Below, in pieces: positions 38,225 to 47,161 of a DNA stretch of 61,785 nucleotides. The notes below the pieces were generated by a model that was given only the letters and a program-made list of their open reading frames with translations, searched no databases and was not told where the DNA came from. Where the stretch lies: NCBI GenBank assembly GCA_038061275.1, contig JBBTZQ010000018.1, positions 1 through 61,785 on the forward strand, in the 5' to 3' direction. The stretch is from Patescibacteria group bacterium (lineage in GTDB: Bacteria > Patescibacteriota > Minisyncoccia > Phycocordibacterales > UBA1550). Position 1 is the stretch's first letter, and each line of letters opens with the position of its first letter. The translations under genes and the position numbers were made by a program.

Positions 38225-39648
38225 AAAAAATACAAGGAATTGAAGTAGCTATCAACACACTTAAATGGGCTGCCAAAACAGTACCTGCCTATAGAGAATT
38301 TCTGAAAAAAAATAATTTTCAGATTAAAAATATAAAGACAGTCGATGATTTTTCCGCTGTCCCTTTGATGGATAAAGATAATTATATTAAAGCATACCCT
38401 TATTTAGACCTTTTTCCGCTTGGTAAAGTACCTTCAGTTATATCATCAAGCTCGGGTTCGTCAGGAACTCCATTTTATTGGCCGCGCGGACGAGAACAAG
38501 AAATCGCGGGAGGGAATTTGCACGAACCAATCTTTAGAGATATTTTTAAGATAGGAAAGAAGAGAACTCTTGTCGTTAATTGTTTTTCAGCAGGAACATG
38601 GATTGCAGGAGCATTTACTACAGAATCATGTAGGCATTTGGCTGAAACAAAAGGATATAATATTTCCGTAATTCCACCAGGAATTGAAAAAGAAGATATT
38701 TTATCAATTTTGAAGAGACTTGCGCCCTTGTTTGATGTTGTTGTTATTGCAGGATACCCTCCATTTTTGATGGACGTGGTTACTGAAGCTTCATCACGAG
38801 ATATACCTCTAAAAAATATGAACATTAAGTTTATATTTGCAGGAGAAAATTTTTCTGAGAAATGGCGACAAGTAATATGCGACATTGCATTTATTGAGGA
38901 TATTGAGCACTCTGTGGCGAGTGTTTATGGTACAGCGGACGCTGCAATGTTGGGACACGAGACACCTCTTTCAATTTTTATTCGTCAAAAAGCAAATAAA
39001 AATAAAGCGTTCTTTAAAGAATTTTTTGGAGATCTGACATTTTTGCCAACACTTGTACAATATCAACCTGACCATATTTATTTTGAAAATATTAATAATG
39101 AAATTGTATTCACTGTTAAAGGAGGAATTCCACTTGTGCGCTACAATATTCGAGACCGAGGAAGAATTTTTTCTCATACTGAGATACGAGCGATACTGAA
39201 AAAATACAAGTACGATAAAGAGATAGCGCATGAATTAAAAAAATGGGAAATGCCATTTGTGAGCCTTCACGGAAGAAATGATGTTTCCGTGACATTTTAT
39301 GCCTTAAACATGTTTCCTGAAAATTTCAAATACGGACTTGAGGACACTCGTATTTCGGAATATGTAACAGGGAAATTCGTAGTTTCTTCTAAAACTACAA
39401 GTGACCAAAAAACACAAGAACTTCATTTGTCTATAGAGCTTTCTCCGAACATTCATAAAAAAACGATCCCCATTGCCGTAATAGAAAAGATTATCGTAGA
39501 GAGGTTGCGTAACTCAAATACTGAGTATCGTAAACTTCATGATACTTTGGGAAAAAAAGCTATTCCTAAAATAAAACTCTTGCCATATTCAGACCCAGTG
39601 TTTATTCTGAAGAAGATAAAACATTCTTGGATAAAAAAGGAAATATAA
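38221..39648 (+). CDS. PaaK-like / coenzyme F390 synthetase-like adenylate-forming enzyme (ANL superfamily)
   Basis: ATGA overlap with the upstream gene. ..SSSGSSGTPFYWPR.. phosphate-binding loop and ..YGTADAA.. motif in PaaK-like order. 475 aa. Confidence 0.65.
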   Translation: MKKIQGIEVAINTLKWAAKTVPAYREFLKKNNFQIKNIKTVDDFSAVPLMDKDNYIKAYPYLDLFPLGKVPSVISSSSGSSGTPFYWPRGREQEIAGGNLHEPIFRDIFKIGKKRTLVVNCFSAGTWIAGAFTTESCRHLAETKGYNISVIPPGIEKEDILSILKRLAPLFDVVVIAGYPPFLMDVVTEASSRDIPLKNMNIKFIFAGENFSEKWRQVICDIAFIEDIEHSVASVYGTADAAMLGHETPLSIFIRQKANKNKAFFKEFFGDLTFLPTLVQYQPDHIYFENINNEIVFTVKGGIPLVRYNIRDRGRIFSHTEIRAILKKYKYDKEIAHELKKWEMPFVSLHGRNDVSVTFYALNMFPENFKYGLEDTRISEYVTGKFVVSSKTTSDQKTQELHLSIELSPNIHKKTIPIAVIEKIIVERLRNSNTEYRKLHDTLGKKAIPKIKLLPYSDPVFILKKIKHSWIKKEI

Positions 39649-39649
39649 T

Positions 39650-40711
39650 ATGAAAGAAACGATAAAAAAAATACTTGAATACGCAGTGTATGCTCCGTCT
39701 GGAGACAATTCTCAGCCATGGCGTTTTGTCGTTAAGGGAAATAAGATATTTCAGTATAATCTTCCGTTTGAAGATAATATTTATTTGAATTATCAACAGA
39801 GTGGATCATACGTCTCTCACGGTGCGGTAATAGAAAATATATTTATCGCAAGTTCTCATTTTGGTTATGCTACTAATGTAGAATTGTTTCCTGAAAACAG
39901 TGAACAGGATTTAGTAGCTATTCTGGATCTACAAGAAGCGAATATATCTATTGATCCAGAATTTGAATGTATAAAGAGTAGGTGTGTAAACCGCAGGCCG
40001 TATGATTCACGCGAGATTGGAAAGGAGTTACTTGAGAGTATTAAAGCATCTATTAAAAAAGAGTTCGATTTTCAAGGACTATCATTCATCACAGACCGAG
40101 GATCTATTAAGGAAGTTGGGGTCGCTGCAACAGTCATGGAGCGTATTGCTCTTCGGAATCCTGTTATTCATAAATTGTTTTTTTCTGGAATTATTTGGAC
40201 TGATAAAGAACACAGACAAAAGAAAAAAGGACTCTATATAAAAACACTCGAATTGCCACTACCGGTTCAGTACCTCTTTAGACTTTTTAAGCATTGGCCA
40301 GTCATGTCGTTTTTGGGACGCATTGGGTTCCCCGAAAAAGCAGCGAACGGAAATGCGGAAATCAATGCTAAGAGTGCCGCATTTGGGATAATTACGACCA
40401 AACAATCATCCCCGAAGGATTTTATTCTTGCTGGAAGGGTGATGCAGAGAATTTGGTTAAAGACCACAAGCTTAGGTTTGTCTTTGCAGCCAGTGACCGG
40501 ACTTCTTTTTTTAGCACACAGAGTGAAAGATAATCAGACTGAAGGATTATCTCTAATTCAAACAGAAATGATCAAAGATGGAATTTCAGTAATAGAAAAG
40601 AAATTTAGTTTGAAAGACGAAATTCCAATAATGATGTTTCGGATTGGGTATGCTAAAAAACCTACAGCTAACTCATTCCGGATGGAACCCAAAGTGATTT
40701 TTAAAGAGTAG
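39650..40711 (+). CDS. nitroreductase-superfamily FMN oxidoreductase (Acg / Rv1355c C-terminal-domain-like, double-length)
   Basis: Starts 1 nt after the upstream stop. ..ILEYAVYAPSGDNSQPWRFVV.. signature. The length of about 350 aa is typical of Acg-type tandem nitroreductase folds. Confidence 0.65.
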   Translation: MKETIKKILEYAVYAPSGDNSQPWRFVVKGNKIFQYNLPFEDNIYLNYQQSGSYVSHGAVIENIFIASSHFGYATNVELFPENSEQDLVAILDLQEANISIDPEFECIKSRCVNRRPYDSREIGKELLESIKASIKKEFDFQGLSFITDRGSIKEVGVAATVMERIALRNPVIHKLFFSGIIWTDKEHRQKKKGLYIKTLELPLPVQYLFRLFKHWPVMSFLGRIGFPEKAANGNAEINAKSAAFGIITTKQSSPKDFILAGRVMQRIWLKTTSLGLSLQPVTGLLFLAHRVKDNQTEGLSLIQTEMIKDGISVIEKKFSLKDEIPIMMFRIGYAKKPTANSFRMEPKVIFKE

Positions 40712-40724
40712 ATTTTCTAATAAT

Positions 40725-42302
40725 ATGGATATTTTTTTAAATTTAGACTTGCTTGTTTTAGGAATCGTAATTGCTGGGATTGCGGTCATTGGGGCTGCTG
40801 TGTTTCTCACAAATTATCAAAACAAAACATACAGATATTTCTTCTACTTTTTATTAATTACAATAGTCTGGAGTTTGTTGAGCTATCAGAGCTACTTGTC
40901 CGGAGCAACTTTAGGCAACCTAAGGGCTGTAATCTTCGTCGCGGTTTGGCACTCATTTTTGTTTTTCCAATTTTGTTTCGTATTCCCGAAAGAGTCAATC
41001 GCCCTTCCTTTCTGGTATAAGTATATGTTGATACCGTATATTATTGGTGTTTCAGTATTAACACTTACACCTGCGGTTTTTTTAAAAATAACAGAGTATG
41101 CGTCAGACGGAACAGTGCTCGTTGTAGAAAATGGAGGAGGAATCGCAATTTTCGGCATCACAGTCTTTTTGCTTATTCTTGGCGGAATATTTATCTTAGT
41201 CAAGAAATACATTCAAGAAGTACCAGAAGAAAGGAAGCAATTAAGATTTATTTTGATTGGCGTTGTAATAACATTTACTCTTTTAGTCACCTTTAGTTTT
41301 GTATTACCAGCTATCTTTCAAGATGCTAGATTCTTCAAGCACGGGGTTTTGGCGTTGATTCCATTTATTGCTCTAACGTTCTATGCGATTTATAAACATA
41401 AACTTTTTAATATAAAAGTTGTATCAACTGCTTTCCTGGTATTTCTAGTTACTGTTTTTAGTATTTCTAATATTCTTTTTTCTGAAACACCTATTAGTGT
41501 GACAGTAAATACCACAGCATTTTTGATAATTCTGATTGGAAGTATTCATCTTATTAGTGATATGTTAAAACTTGAGAGGGCAAATGAAGAAAAAGCGGAA
41601 TTTATATCTTTTGCCTCCCACGAACTTCGTACTCCACTTACTGTGATCAAAGGTTACTCGTCAATGATGCTTGATGGAGATTTTGGAGAATTAAATCAAA
41701 ATTCACGTGATGCTTTGCAAAAAATACTCGTGAAGTCAAATGAAGCAGTAAGCTTAATTGGTCAATATTTGAACAAATCAAAAATGGAGCTTGGTCAGCT
41801 GCGTTACAATTTAAGTACGTTTGACATGGGGAATCTGGTTCGCTTGGCTGGGAGTGAATTTGGACATAACGCTGATCAAAAGGGTATTACGATTAATTAT
41901 ACAAATGATAATAAAGAATCCTACGCGGTAAATGCAGATGAGGGCAAAATAAAAGAAGTCGTGGCTAATTTGATAGACAACGCTGTAAAGTACACCCCCA
42001 AAGGCTCTGTGGATATTTACCTTTCTCGCACTAACGACAAGATTTTATTGAAAATATCAGATACTGGAGTCGGTATTTCGTCAGAAAGCTATCCTCTTTT
42101 ATTTAAAAAATTCGGACGCTTAAAGGGAACCGAAAAAGCAGGTATTTTGGGAACCGGGCTTGGTCTGTATTTGGCTCATACTTTTATTACCGCTCACAAG
42201 GGACGTATTTGGGCGGAGTCAAAAGGTGATGGGGAGGGTTCGACATTTTTTATCGAGCTTGATGCTTTCAAAAATACATCCATTGCTCCGGAAATGTCAT
42301 AA
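40725..42302 (+). CDS. sensor histidine kinase with N-terminal 7TM-type sensor region
   Basis: About 7 TM helices, then HisKA (..FISFASHELRTPLTVIKGY..) and HATPase_c (..LIDNAVKYTP.., ..DTGVGI.., ..GTGLGLYL..). No response regulator adjacent. Confidence 0.85.
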   Translation: MDIFLNLDLLVLGIVIAGIAVIGAAVFLTNYQNKTYRYFFYFLLITIVWSLLSYQSYLSGATLGNLRAVIFVAVWHSFLFFQFCFVFPKESIALPFWYKYMLIPYIIGVSVLTLTPAVFLKITEYASDGTVLVVENGGGIAIFGITVFLLILGGIFILVKKYIQEVPEERKQLRFILIGVVITFTLLVTFSFVLPAIFQDARFFKHGVLALIPFIALTFYAIYKHKLFNIKVVSTAFLVFLVTVFSISNILFSETPISVTVNTTAFLIILIGSIHLISDMLKLERANEEKAEFISFASHELRTPLTVIKGYSSMMLDGDFGELNQNSRDALQKILVKSNEAVSLIGQYLNKSKMELGQLRYNLSTFDMGNLVRLAGSEFGHNADQKGITINYTNDNKESYAVNADEGKIKEVVANLIDNAVKYTPKGSVDIYLSRTNDKILLKISDTGVGISSESYPLLFKKFGRLKGTEKAGILGTGLGLYLAHTFITAHKGRIWAESKGDGEGSTFFIELDAFKNTSIAPEMS

Positions 42303-42313
42303 CCAGGCCATGT

Positions 42314-42340
42314 AAAAAAGCTTTAACTGAAAGCTTTTTT
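42314..42340 (+). terminator. rho-independent terminator
   Basis: aaaaaagcttt aactg aaagctttttt. Confidence 0.75.
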
Positions 42341-42356
42341 CTGCTAGAATGAAGAA

Positions 42357-43331
42357 ATGAAAAAAACCCTGCTTTCAGGCATAAAACCAACGGGAACGAT
42401 ACACTTGGGCAACTATTTTGGCGCGATGCGACAGTTTGTGGATTTTCAGAATACTCATAATTCGTTCGTCTTTATTGCCAACTACCATGCACTCACGAGC
42501 GTATCAGACGGGGAGCTCCTGCGTAAGCTTTCCATTGATATTGCAATGGACTATCTCGCTATTGGGCTTGATCCGAAAAAAGTGACTATGTTCCTTCAGT
42601 CCGATGTTCCTGAAGTGACCGAGCTCGCGTGGATATTTAATACGCTGACGACGGTACCGTATCTCATGCGCGCGCACGCGTTCAAGGATTCCGAAGCAAA
42701 AAATAGTGAGGTGAACGTTGGACTCTTTGATTACCCGATACTCATGGCTGCGGACATATTGATGTATGGTGCAGATATAGTGCCTGTTGGTCTCGACCAA
42801 AAACAGCATGTGGAGATAACGCGCGATACAGCGCAAAAATTCAATCGTATTTTTGGTGAGACTTTCAAAGTGCCAGAGCCCCTTATTCTTGAAAATGTAC
42901 AAACAGTGATGGGAACTGATGGTAGAAAGATGAGTAAAAGTTATGGGAATATTATCGGACTCTTTGCGAGCGACGAGGAGATACAAAAAGCAGTCATGAG
43001 CATACCGACAGATTCTAAAGGCATTGATGAACCGAAAGATCCTGCACAATGTAAAGTTTTTGCATTTCACAAACTTCTTGCTCACGATGAACTCGACCAG
43101 GTGAGAAAACGCTACGTCGAAGGAGGGATAGGGTACAAAGAATCAAAGGACATTTTAGTAGAAAAAATGAAAGCCTTTATCAAACCGCTTCGCGAGCGAA
43201 GAGAGGAGATTGCGAAAAATCCTGATGCGATAATTAAAATGCTAAGCGATGGGGGAGCGGAAGCACGCACTCGTGCACAGGCGATGATGAAGATTGTGCG
43301 AGAAAAAACAGGACTATCGCTCACGAACTAG
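42357..43331 (+). CDS. trpS: tryptophan--tRNA ligase
   Basis: ..SGIKPTGTIHLGNYFG.. (HIGH-like), ..KMSKSYGN.. (KMSKS). 324 aa. Confidence 0.95.
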   Translation: MKKTLLSGIKPTGTIHLGNYFGAMRQFVDFQNTHNSFVFIANYHALTSVSDGELLRKLSIDIAMDYLAIGLDPKKVTMFLQSDVPEVTELAWIFNTLTTVPYLMRAHAFKDSEAKNSEVNVGLFDYPILMAADILMYGADIVPVGLDQKQHVEITRDTAQKFNRIFGETFKVPEPLILENVQTVMGTDGRKMSKSYGNIIGLFASDEEIQKAVMSIPTDSKGIDEPKDPAQCKVFAFHKLLAHDELDQVRKRYVEGGIGYKESKDILVEKMKAFIKPLRERREEIAKNPDAIIKMLSDGGAEARTRAQAMMKIVREKTGLSLTN

Positions 43332-43371
43332 GCAAACACTAAGCATATCAATTAAAATTATTTAAACCACT

Positions 43372-44772
43372 ATGGAGCGCACATACATCAAATACTTGAA
43401 CGAAAAAATAGGGGAGGAGGTCACTGTAGCGGGGTGGATTGATGTTCGTCGTGACCAAGGCAAGATGGTTTTTATAGATTTAAGAGATATGAGTGGTAAG
43501 GTTCAGGCCGTTGTCCTACCTAGTCATGTCGATGCGCTTAATGTAGCTCAGCAGGTTCGTTCTGAGTGGGTTGTTAGTGTCTCTGCTCTTGTGAATAAAC
43601 GACCCGAACGCAATATTAAAGCAGATGTTCTTAATGGTGATATAGAGCTTGAGGTTTTGAATATTGAAGTATTAAGTGAAGCGCAAACTCCGCCAATGGA
43701 TGTTACGAGTGATGGGCATGAGATTGGCGAGGAAACAAGGCTCACGTATCGCTATCTCGATCTAAGACGTCCACGTCTTCAGCGCAATATGCGCATGCGT
43801 CACGCTGTGTCACTCCATGCTCGCAATTTTCTTTCCGATCGAGGATTCATTGAGATAGAGACACCAATACTTACAAAATCAACCCCAGAAGGTGCCCGCG
43901 ACTATGTTGTGCCTTCTCGCACAGAACAAGGAAAATTTTATGCGCTACCACAATCACCTCAGCAATATAAGCAACTACTAATGGTTGGAGGAATGGAAAA
44001 ATATTTTCAGATAGCGCGGTGTATGCGCGACGAGGATACTCGTGGAGACCGACAGCCAGAGTTTACCCAGCTCGATATGGAGCTTTCGTTTGCTTCTCAA
44101 GAAGATATTATGGCACTCAATGAGGCTTTTTTAATTGATATCGTGAAGAAGCTCACTCCTGAAAAAAGGATACAAACAATACCGTTTCCTCGAATAACTT
44201 ACAAAGAAGCAATGGAAAAGTATGGAAATGATAGGCCCGACCTTCGCGAAGACAAGAACAATCCAGACCTTCTTGCGTTTTGCTGGGTAATAGACTTTCC
44301 ATTTTTTGAAAAAGATAAAGAGGGTGGTTGGACATTTACCCATAATCCATTTTCTGCGCCCAAAAAAGAACATTATGATTTTTTGATGAAAAAAGAAAAC
44401 ATCGAGAATATCCTCGCAACCCAATACGACATTGCGCTCAATGGATTTGAAATTGGCGGAGGAAGTATCCGCAACCATCACCCAGAGGCGCTCATTAAAG
44501 TGCTTGAGATTATGGGACATACCGAAGAAAATATTCGAAAGAATTTCGGACACATGCTCGATGCGTTTTCATACGGGGCGCCACCACATGGCGGTATTGC
44601 GTGGGGGCTCGACCGCTTCATCACACTTCTTTTGAATGAGCCGAATATTCGCGAGGTAATCGCATTCCCAAAAACAGGAGAGGGTAGAGACCTCATGATG
44701 GAGGCCCCTTCGGAAATAAATTTCGCACAGCTTCAAGAGTTAGGAATATCGGTGAAGAAAACTAGTAAATAA
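43372..44772 (+). CDS. aspS: aspartate--tRNA ligase, bacterial-type core lacking the GAD insertion domain
   Basis: OB-fold N-terminus (..GKMVFIDLRDMSG..), ..QSPQQYKQLLM.., ..FQIARCMRDED.., ..GGGSIR.. The DRPDLRE..FCWVIDFPFF junction is only about 20 aa. Confidence 0.9.
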   Translation: MERTYIKYLNEKIGEEVTVAGWIDVRRDQGKMVFIDLRDMSGKVQAVVLPSHVDALNVAQQVRSEWVVSVSALVNKRPERNIKADVLNGDIELEVLNIEVLSEAQTPPMDVTSDGHEIGEETRLTYRYLDLRRPRLQRNMRMRHAVSLHARNFLSDRGFIEIETPILTKSTPEGARDYVVPSRTEQGKFYALPQSPQQYKQLLMVGGMEKYFQIARCMRDEDTRGDRQPEFTQLDMELSFASQEDIMALNEAFLIDIVKKLTPEKRIQTIPFPRITYKEAMEKYGNDRPDLREDKNNPDLLAFCWVIDFPFFEKDKEGGWTFTHNPFSAPKKEHYDFLMKKENIENILATQYDIALNGFEIGGGSIRNHHPEALIKVLEIMGHTEENIRKNFGHMLDAFSYGAPPHGGIAWGLDRFITLLLNEPNIREVIAFPKTGEGRDLMMEAPSEINFAQLQELGISVKKTSK

Positions 44773-44783
44773 GATTGAGTTGC

Positions 44784-45524
44784 ATGAAGAATGAATATCA
44801 AATCAAAATAGAAACCTTCGAAGGTCCGCTTGAGCTTTTGCTTGAACTTATTGAAAAAAAGAAACTGTTCATCAATGAAATATCGCTGGCAAAAATTTCC
44901 GATGATTATGTCGCCCACTTAAAGAGTTTTGAAAAGTTGCCTCTTGATTTTGTTACAAACTTTCTCATTGTTGCTGCAACGCTTATCCTCATTAAATCCA
45001 AGTCTCTCCTGCCTGATCTCTCTCTTACTCCTGAAGAAACTCAAGATATAGAAGAGCTTGAGATGAGGCTTCGCGAATACCAACGCATGCGTGAGCTCTC
45101 AGTGCATGTCAAAAAAATGTTCGGGCAGAATATTGCTTTTTTTAAGAACCAATCTCGATCAAATGAAGTCGTTTTTGCACCAAGTGAGGAAATGACCTCA
45201 CCTAACCTCTATCAATCAATGAGAGAGGTTATCTCTCGATTTCCTAAAAAGACAGTTCTACAATCCGTGGTGGTCAAAAAAATAATTTCTCTCGAAGAGG
45301 TAATGGATACACTTTCAAAACGCATCACGGCAAATCTTAAAATGAGCTTTAATGAATTTGCCGGAGTTGGTAAAGAAGAAAAGGTAAATGTAATCGTTAC
45401 TTTTTTGGCGATGCTTGAGCTTGTAAAACAGGGCATGCTTTTAGTAACACAGGAGCGTTCTGGAGATGATATTCATATGGAAACAGGGGTTCTTGATACT
45501 CCGCAATACGGGCGCAAAGTGTGA
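44784..45524 (+). CDS. scpA: segregation and condensation protein A
   Basis: ..FEGPLELLLELIEKKKL.I.EISLAKI.D.Y.. ScpA N-terminus. The ORF-track TTG at 44775 is an alternative start. Confidence 0.85.
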   Translation: MKNEYQIKIETFEGPLELLLELIEKKKLFINEISLAKISDDYVAHLKSFEKLPLDFVTNFLIVAATLILIKSKSLLPDLSLTPEETQDIEELEMRLREYQRMRELSVHVKKMFGQNIAFFKNQSRSNEVVFAPSEEMTSPNLYQSMREVISRFPKKTVLQSVVVKKIISLEEVMDTLSKRITANLKMSFNEFAGVGKEEKVNVIVTFLAMLELVKQGMLLVTQERSGDDIHMETGVLDTPQYGRKV

Positions 45525-45528
45525 TAGA

Positions 45529-46155
45529 ATGAAAACCATGTCAGACATTTTACCAAATTCATCTCGCATTGAAGCCCTTCTTTTTTACAAAGGAGAGCCT
45601 GTCACACTTCGATTTATCTCATCGGCACTCAATATTTCCGAGGAAGAAGCTTCTTTGGGAGTTGATGCTTTGGAGAAAGCCCTTCTCGAAACCTCACGAG
45701 GAATCGTACTTATGAAAAAAGGAAATGAGATTATGCTTGCCGCGACCCCCGCGATGGGGAGCGTAATAGAAGGCATTATTAAAGAGGAAATTTCAAAAGA
45801 TTTGGGAAAGGCTGGCCTTGAGACATTGGCTATCGTCTTGTATCGTGGCCCAATCGCACGGAGCGAGGTTAACTATATTCGCGGTGTAAATTCTAATTAC
45901 ATTTTGAGAAGTTTGCTCGTAAGGGGGCTTATAGAAAAAGATGAGAGCTCGTCATCGCGGAGCATCATTTATCAGCCTACCTTTGAATTGCTTTCATATT
46001 TAGGTATTTCAACAGTAAAAGATCTTCCTGAGTACGATGTGGTTGAATCTTCAGTGAAAGAATTCAAGGACAGAGAAGTGGCGGAGGAAGGAGAAGGAGA
46101 CATACATAAAAATCAAAATGGATCAAAAGATGAAATTATCAACGAAAAAGTTTAG
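45529..46155 (+). CDS. scpB: segregation and condensation protein B
   Basis: ..RIEALLFYKGEPVT.. and ..LETLAIVLYRGPIARSEVNYIRGVNS.. winged-helix repeats. ATG at 45529 lies 4 nt after the scpA stop. Confidence 0.85.
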   Translation: MKTMSDILPNSSRIEALLFYKGEPVTLRFISSALNISEEEASLGVDALEKALLETSRGIVLMKKGNEIMLAATPAMGSVIEGIIKEEISKDLGKAGLETLAIVLYRGPIARSEVNYIRGVNSNYILRSLLVRGLIEKDESSSSRSIIYQPTFELLSYLGISTVKDLPEYDVVESSVKEFKDREVAEEGEGDIHKNQNGSKDEIINEKV

Positions 46156-47119
46156 CTTGACCGTCATCGTGCTTTCCGGCGCCTTTGTTTGTGCAATCCT
46201 TATACAAGTGGCGCTTTCTTTTTTGTTTTTAGAGAAGACAGGACAGGCAAAAATAGTTGGGTCATCGCAGGTCGCGCAGATTATTGCGGAATCTCAATTT
46301 GTGAACGTAGTACTTGAAGCGAAGTCGGCTTATGTGTTTGATATTTCTACCAATAAAGTTTTATATGCAAAAAATGAAAACGAAGCGTTGCCACTCGCGT
46401 CAATTACGAAAATTATGACAGCGCTGACAGCTCGAAGCACCATATCTGAAAATGCCATAATAACGCTTAGTAACAGAGATATATCTTCCGAGGGTGATAG
46501 TGGTCTCAACGTGGGCGAGCGGTGGCGCTTGGGGGACTTGCTTGACGTGGCGCTCATCGTTTCTTCAAATGATGCTGCTCATGCGGTGGCAAATTTTGTA
46601 GGAAGACAGGGACATTCTACAGAGGAGGGTATTAGCGAAGCCGCGTACTTCAGAAACTTTATAGAGATGATGAACAGTAAGGCTCAAACCATGGGGCTTT
46701 CGACTATGAAATTTTATAATGAAACAGGGCTGGACATTCAAGAAAATGGACTAAGTAGCGGTAGCGCAAGGATGACTCCTGGAGCTTATGGTTCTGCAAA
46801 AGATGTCTCATTACTTATGACAGAATTATGGAAAACATATCCTTCCCAGCTTGAGATAACCGCGCGTAGAGATGTAAGAATTGTTTCTCAGAATGGAATC
46901 GCCCACGCGCTTTCTAACACAAATGAAGCTCTCGGACACTTCCCAGGAATGGTAGGCTCGAAGACGGGCTATACAACCCTTGCGGGAGGAAATCTTGCTA
47001 TCATTTTTGATGTTGGTATTGGTCGTCCAGTCGTCGCTGTCGTGCTCGGCTCTACCTACGAAGGACGCTTTGATGATATGCAAAAGCTTACGGATGCGAC
47101 GTTGAAAACACTACAATAA
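46118..47119 (+). CDS. D-alanyl-D-alanine carboxypeptidase (peptidase S11, PBP5/6-like)
   Basis: N-terminal TM. SxxK (ASITKIM), SxN (VSSNDAA) and KTG (SKTGYT) motifs in order. Confidence 0.8.
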   Translation: MDQKMKLSTKKFSLTVIVLSGAFVCAILIQVALSFLFLEKTGQAKIVGSSQVAQIIAESQFVNVVLEAKSAYVFDISTNKVLYAKNENEALPLASITKIMTALTARSTISENAIITLSNRDISSEGDSGLNVGERWRLGDLLDVALIVSSNDAAHAVANFVGRQGHSTEEGISEAAYFRNFIEMMNSKAQTMGLSTMKFYNETGLDIQENGLSSGSARMTPGAYGSAKDVSLLMTELWKTYPSQLEITARRDVRIVSQNGIAHALSNTNEALGHFPGMVGSKTGYTTLAGGNLAIIFDVGIGRPVVAVVLGSTYEGRFDDMQKLTDATLKTLQ

Positions 47120-47161
47120 TTCGTTTTGAGTTGTTGCGCATTTCCGATATACTAAGGATAT

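Noticed and set aside
42504-43085. 193-aa minus-strand ORF
   Set aside because: It is antisense to the well-supported trpS, with no SD and no motif. The same reasoning applies to other antisense or alternate-frame track ORFs (e.g. 9637-10122, 20318-20821, 38475-38885, 44131-44553, 26203-26592).
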